64,000 nt of DNA. Source: the human T2T-CHM13v2.0 reference genome, Homo sapiens. Below are positions 59,301-64,000 of this stretch, one piece after another. Position numbers and translations under genes: made by a program. Numbering within the stretch: the stretch's first letter is position 1; each line of letters begins with the position of its first letter. The stretch is taken from assembly GCF_009914755.1 (NCBI RefSeq), contig NC_060946.1; one strand, written 5' to 3'. The notes beneath the pieces were generated by a model that saw only the letters and a list, made by a program, of their open reading frames with translations, searched no databases and was not told where the DNA came from.

Positions 59301-61151
59301 AACTTGTGTAGATTCCCAGTGGCTTTTTAATGGATCTCCCTTAGTGCCTCCGACACTTACAGATTCCCTGACCATTGAAAACGTACCACTAGTGTAACAG
59401 AAATTATCAAATTCTGGCAAATACCATGAATAGGGCATCACACAATTGCCAATGATGCAACAGGGCATAAAAGGTACAGAACGGTGATCTAGGAGTCACT
59501 GGATTAAGAGTTAAAATCTGCTACATCTCCATACCTTACACACTGCTGTAACTACCACCGAATCAGGTGTTCCAGAAATGGCAGACATTCTGCTGTTTCT
59601 CCTACAACTATTACATGTGTTTCTCTGCCCAAGTTTCTCAACTATATAAAATAAAGCAGCTGAACTTACACCACAGGAAGGTTGTAAAGATTAAATGTAA
59701 CCTTGTATAGTACCTGGTACCAAGGAAAAGTTTCTTTACCCCTAGTCAGTCTGGTGCAGACAGGAAGTAAATACTGCAATAATTCAGAGGGAAAATACCA
59801 CCATCAGACAAGTAAGGAAAAGTTTCAAAGAAATCATAGGATTTGCATTTAGCTTTGAATAGACTTTGGAATCTGTACTGGTAAGGCAGGTTTCTGCTGA
59901 AGGGTATGTGTGGGATGGTTCACAGAGGCCTTTTGAGAGAGAGACTGTGGAACTACCAGGCAGCTCTTCTATAAGAACATTCTTCAACACTACCCTGGTT
60001 AAGTGGGTCCACAATAAGATTTCTTCTTCCTTTCAGCCATAATTATCATGTTTGTTCCCTATTTCTTCCTTGCATTTCAGAAGTATAAAAATTTCCAACT
60101 ATTATCGTTCCCCAGTGCTACCCTCAGTGCCTCCACCAGGACAGTAATTGGCAAAGAGGGCCTGCTGAACATGTTTACAGAAGACACTGGTAAGATCAAG
60201 TCCAAAGGTTCCTATTTTCCTGTATGCCATATTATCAGCTATCTTCTTACGCTTTATTTCCCTCCACAGCAGCAAGTGGATGGCTTAATTATTATCAGTT
60301 ATTCTTGACTGCACTAGTTATTTCTGAGATCACAGTAATTCACAGAAATTCAGTCAGGCAGTAGCTGAATTTATAAGAGTAGCTGGATACACCATCATCT
60401 GGATAAAATGAACAATCAACAGGCAAATGGGCAGAAACAACCAGCACCCTATCAGCCTAATAAGTTACTGTTTAACACAGGGGGGAAAATGGAAAAAAAC
60501 TGCAGTTCTGCAATCTGCAGAAATACAAAATTCACATTATTTCTAAGAACTAAACCTATTCTAGAATTTCAATCATTAGTCAATAATAAAAGACAAAGCA
60601 ATATCAGTTACAAATCAGGCCAGACATGGTATATATTCCAAGTTCCTAAAAAGTTAGAAATCAGTACAAGTCATAGTATCAAACTACTTTTGCTGCCTGT
60701 TATAAAATCAGGAGTTCCTATAGGAAGGATCTGAGCCCAAACATAAAGCCCACCACATAATGTAGCATTGTCTTTTAATGTTTATACTTGAAAAGCTAAT
60801 AATTTCAAGAAAATACAATATTTAATTCACCTCTGGGTCTCAACCTCATGCCCCTTTACTCCCTGTAAAAGTATTGTCAGCTAGAGCTACTACTCACTGG
60901 AACAAGATGTACTTTTTTAGAAGTTACAGCACCAGTGGAGGTAGCCACCATCTGGGCTGCTCTCTGGCATGGTGTCCTTGTTTAGAAGACCAGTGTGAAA
61001 TCTCAAAGGGCTTCTCCTCCAACTAAGATTGAGTTCTAAAGTCTGAAGCTAGAAATCTGGAAAAGGCTGGGGACACTAAATCCATTAAAGCAAATTTACA
61101 TCAAGCAGGCTGAATTTGTTAATTTATAAGTGGTATATATCACTTTCTGGG

Positions 61152-61888
<737 letters not shown>

Positions 61889-62398
61889 CTAAGTATTAAA
61901 ACTGGGAGAATTCTGAACTAAACTCTACCCAGAGAACAAATGTGAAAATAATATAGTTATGAATCATTTCTTATAAACCAAAGTCAAATTCATTTTTCCT
62001 TTTAGTTGATGCACAAGACAGTCCACAAAACAGTCTAACACCCAGGGAGAACCACTCAATGAGTTCTCTGTGGGGCTGTAACAGTAATCCTCTTATCTGC
62101 ATGCAACTAGTACCTAGACATCACTTATCGATGACCTGTAACTGGCTTCAGCACAGACAGACTGGTTACCAAGTAAGACCCTGGGAGTGGAAAATCTGCT
62201 CTGGGCATGTTTAAGTTTTTATGCTCTTCTCTTGTCAAATTAGCTGTAGTAACTTGCCAATAACACATTAAGACTTCTTTAAGGATCTGTCATTTAGTTT
62301 AGTAGATGTCTTTAAAATGCATTATATTTCTATAGCAATTTAAATTATTACCTTGACATTACCTTACTTCCATGAATAAAGTAAGGGTGTGCACTTTA

Positions 62399-62718
<320 letters not shown>

Positions 62719-63166
62719 CTGCTTGCCACAAAAATTGCTCACTCGTGTCCTGCTTTCCAAAAATATAACTATTAAAAGTCCAGGAATATGAGCTTGGGTG
62801 AAGGGAGCTTGTTCAGTTTTTAATAAGACTAAATTTAAACTATAAACCTTCATTTAAAATGGATTTTTATACTGCTTCAGGTCTCAAAAGAGAACATTAG
62901 AATCCCCAAAGACTAAATCACTTGTCTCTTTTAAGAGTTATTGGAGCTGCATTATGCTGAAAGTGACAGTCTGGCTCTGTTCTGTTTGTTAATGCAGCAC
63001 AGATTTGCTGGCCAACTGCAACTGGCTGTAAGTCCTTATCGCAAATAAAACTATTTTTGTGCCATTTCTATTTTTCACTTAAACGTCACCAGCTCTTCAA
63101 GACTCAGGACCTGTCAAGTGTTCTGTTGCCAAGACTCTGCCTGTCAGAAAGGTCAGCATCCAGTAC

Positions 63167-63244
63167 CTTCCAGTTGGGTCCCAAAGGGCCTCTCTTGGTC
63201 TTGACTGACTGGAATAATGCTGGGTCTTCATCAGCTTTGTAGTC
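63167..63244 (-). CDS. PITPNB: PITPNB internal coding exon (78 nt; probably exon 8), [26 protein letters not shown]
   Basis: Reverse complement reads ttttgctttgcag|GAC TAC AAA GCT GAT GAA...AAC TGG AAG|gtactg. The peptide matches PITP-beta as I recall it. Upstream exons lie beyond the right edge; exon numbering is from memory. Confidence 0.97.
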
Positions 63245-64000
63245 CTGCAAAGCAAAACAAAGTCAGAGGCAGAGAAGAAAACCAGAGAATATTCTTTAAC
63301 CGTGCCAGAATAGCTCTTCGCAGCTACCAAAACACAGGACAGAAATCAATTAGACTCACTGTGCTTTTGCGTAAAAGTAGAAAAATGCTTCTTTAAGACA
63401 CTGTTTTCAGTTTGGTTTCCTTTGCTTTAAACTTTTACCTTGGGCTAAATAACTACATAATAAGAAATAATAAAAGTCCTGGACTAGCAATCCATTCTGA
63501 CTGGTTACTGGACAGCTGTCTCCAATAACAAATCTTTCAACAGTTTTTTAAATAATTTAAGCATTTTGATATATGGATAATCACATTCAAAGAATAAAAC
63601 ATACCCATCCCAGTTTTGACACTACAGGTAGATGATGACACTGGACTGTTAATGCTGGCCAGAGCAACTACTGTGGCTGGGAACAAAATCAGAACTATCG
63701 ATTCTGCAGCACCCCCAACCTCTTCCTACAGCTGGGTCTGTGGTGGACATCTCAGTTTCTTGACTGGCTTCTCCAAACCCTTGTTCGAGAGCCCTGGGAT
63801 ACACATGGCTTGTCTTCCTCATAGAAGGACTGCACTCACGTCATCCCCTCACTGTCAAAGGAGGCGAAGGAGGGGTGTCACGGGACTGCCTCAGTTATAT
63901 ACCACAGGGGAAAGGCTCTAAAATGAAGGTTTTATTCAGGGTTCTAGTGTGTGTAAATTCTGTTTCCCTTAGTATATCTTTTTCCTGACAGAACGGAGGA

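Overview
Human/primate genomic DNA, Alu-rich, with no prokaryotic features. The right part (~41.1-64 kb, minus strand) is the 3' half of PITPNB (phosphatidylinositol transfer protein beta). I read five exons by hand, all with GT-AG boundaries and phase-0 joins: three internal coding exons, a cassette exon encoding the C-terminus MRKRGSVRGTSAADV*, and a terminal exon encoding the alternative C-terminus LRNQGQVRGTSAASDE* plus a ~1.95 kb 3' UTR. The left ~41 kb is non-coding and more GC-rich, with about 30 Alus, old L1/L2/MIR fragments, MaLR LTRs and hAT/mariner MITEs. From recalled gene order (chr22q12.1) this is the region upstream of MN1, which lies outside the window to the left. Between the repeats are several unique, motif-dense blocks that look like enhancers, and one near-perfect CTCF site. 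Nearly all ORFs in the supplied track are artefacts of repeats or low-complexity sequence. I found no convincing new protein-coding system. The best leads are regulatory: the splicing and NMD geometry of the PITPNB C-terminal switch, a Pumilio-element cluster in the 3' UTR, a 41-bp non-repeat duplication, a SoxE dimer site, and an intact SETMAR site in an Alu-split MADE1. Exon coordinates were counted base by base. Repeat boundaries and subfamily names are approximate and were assigned by eye.
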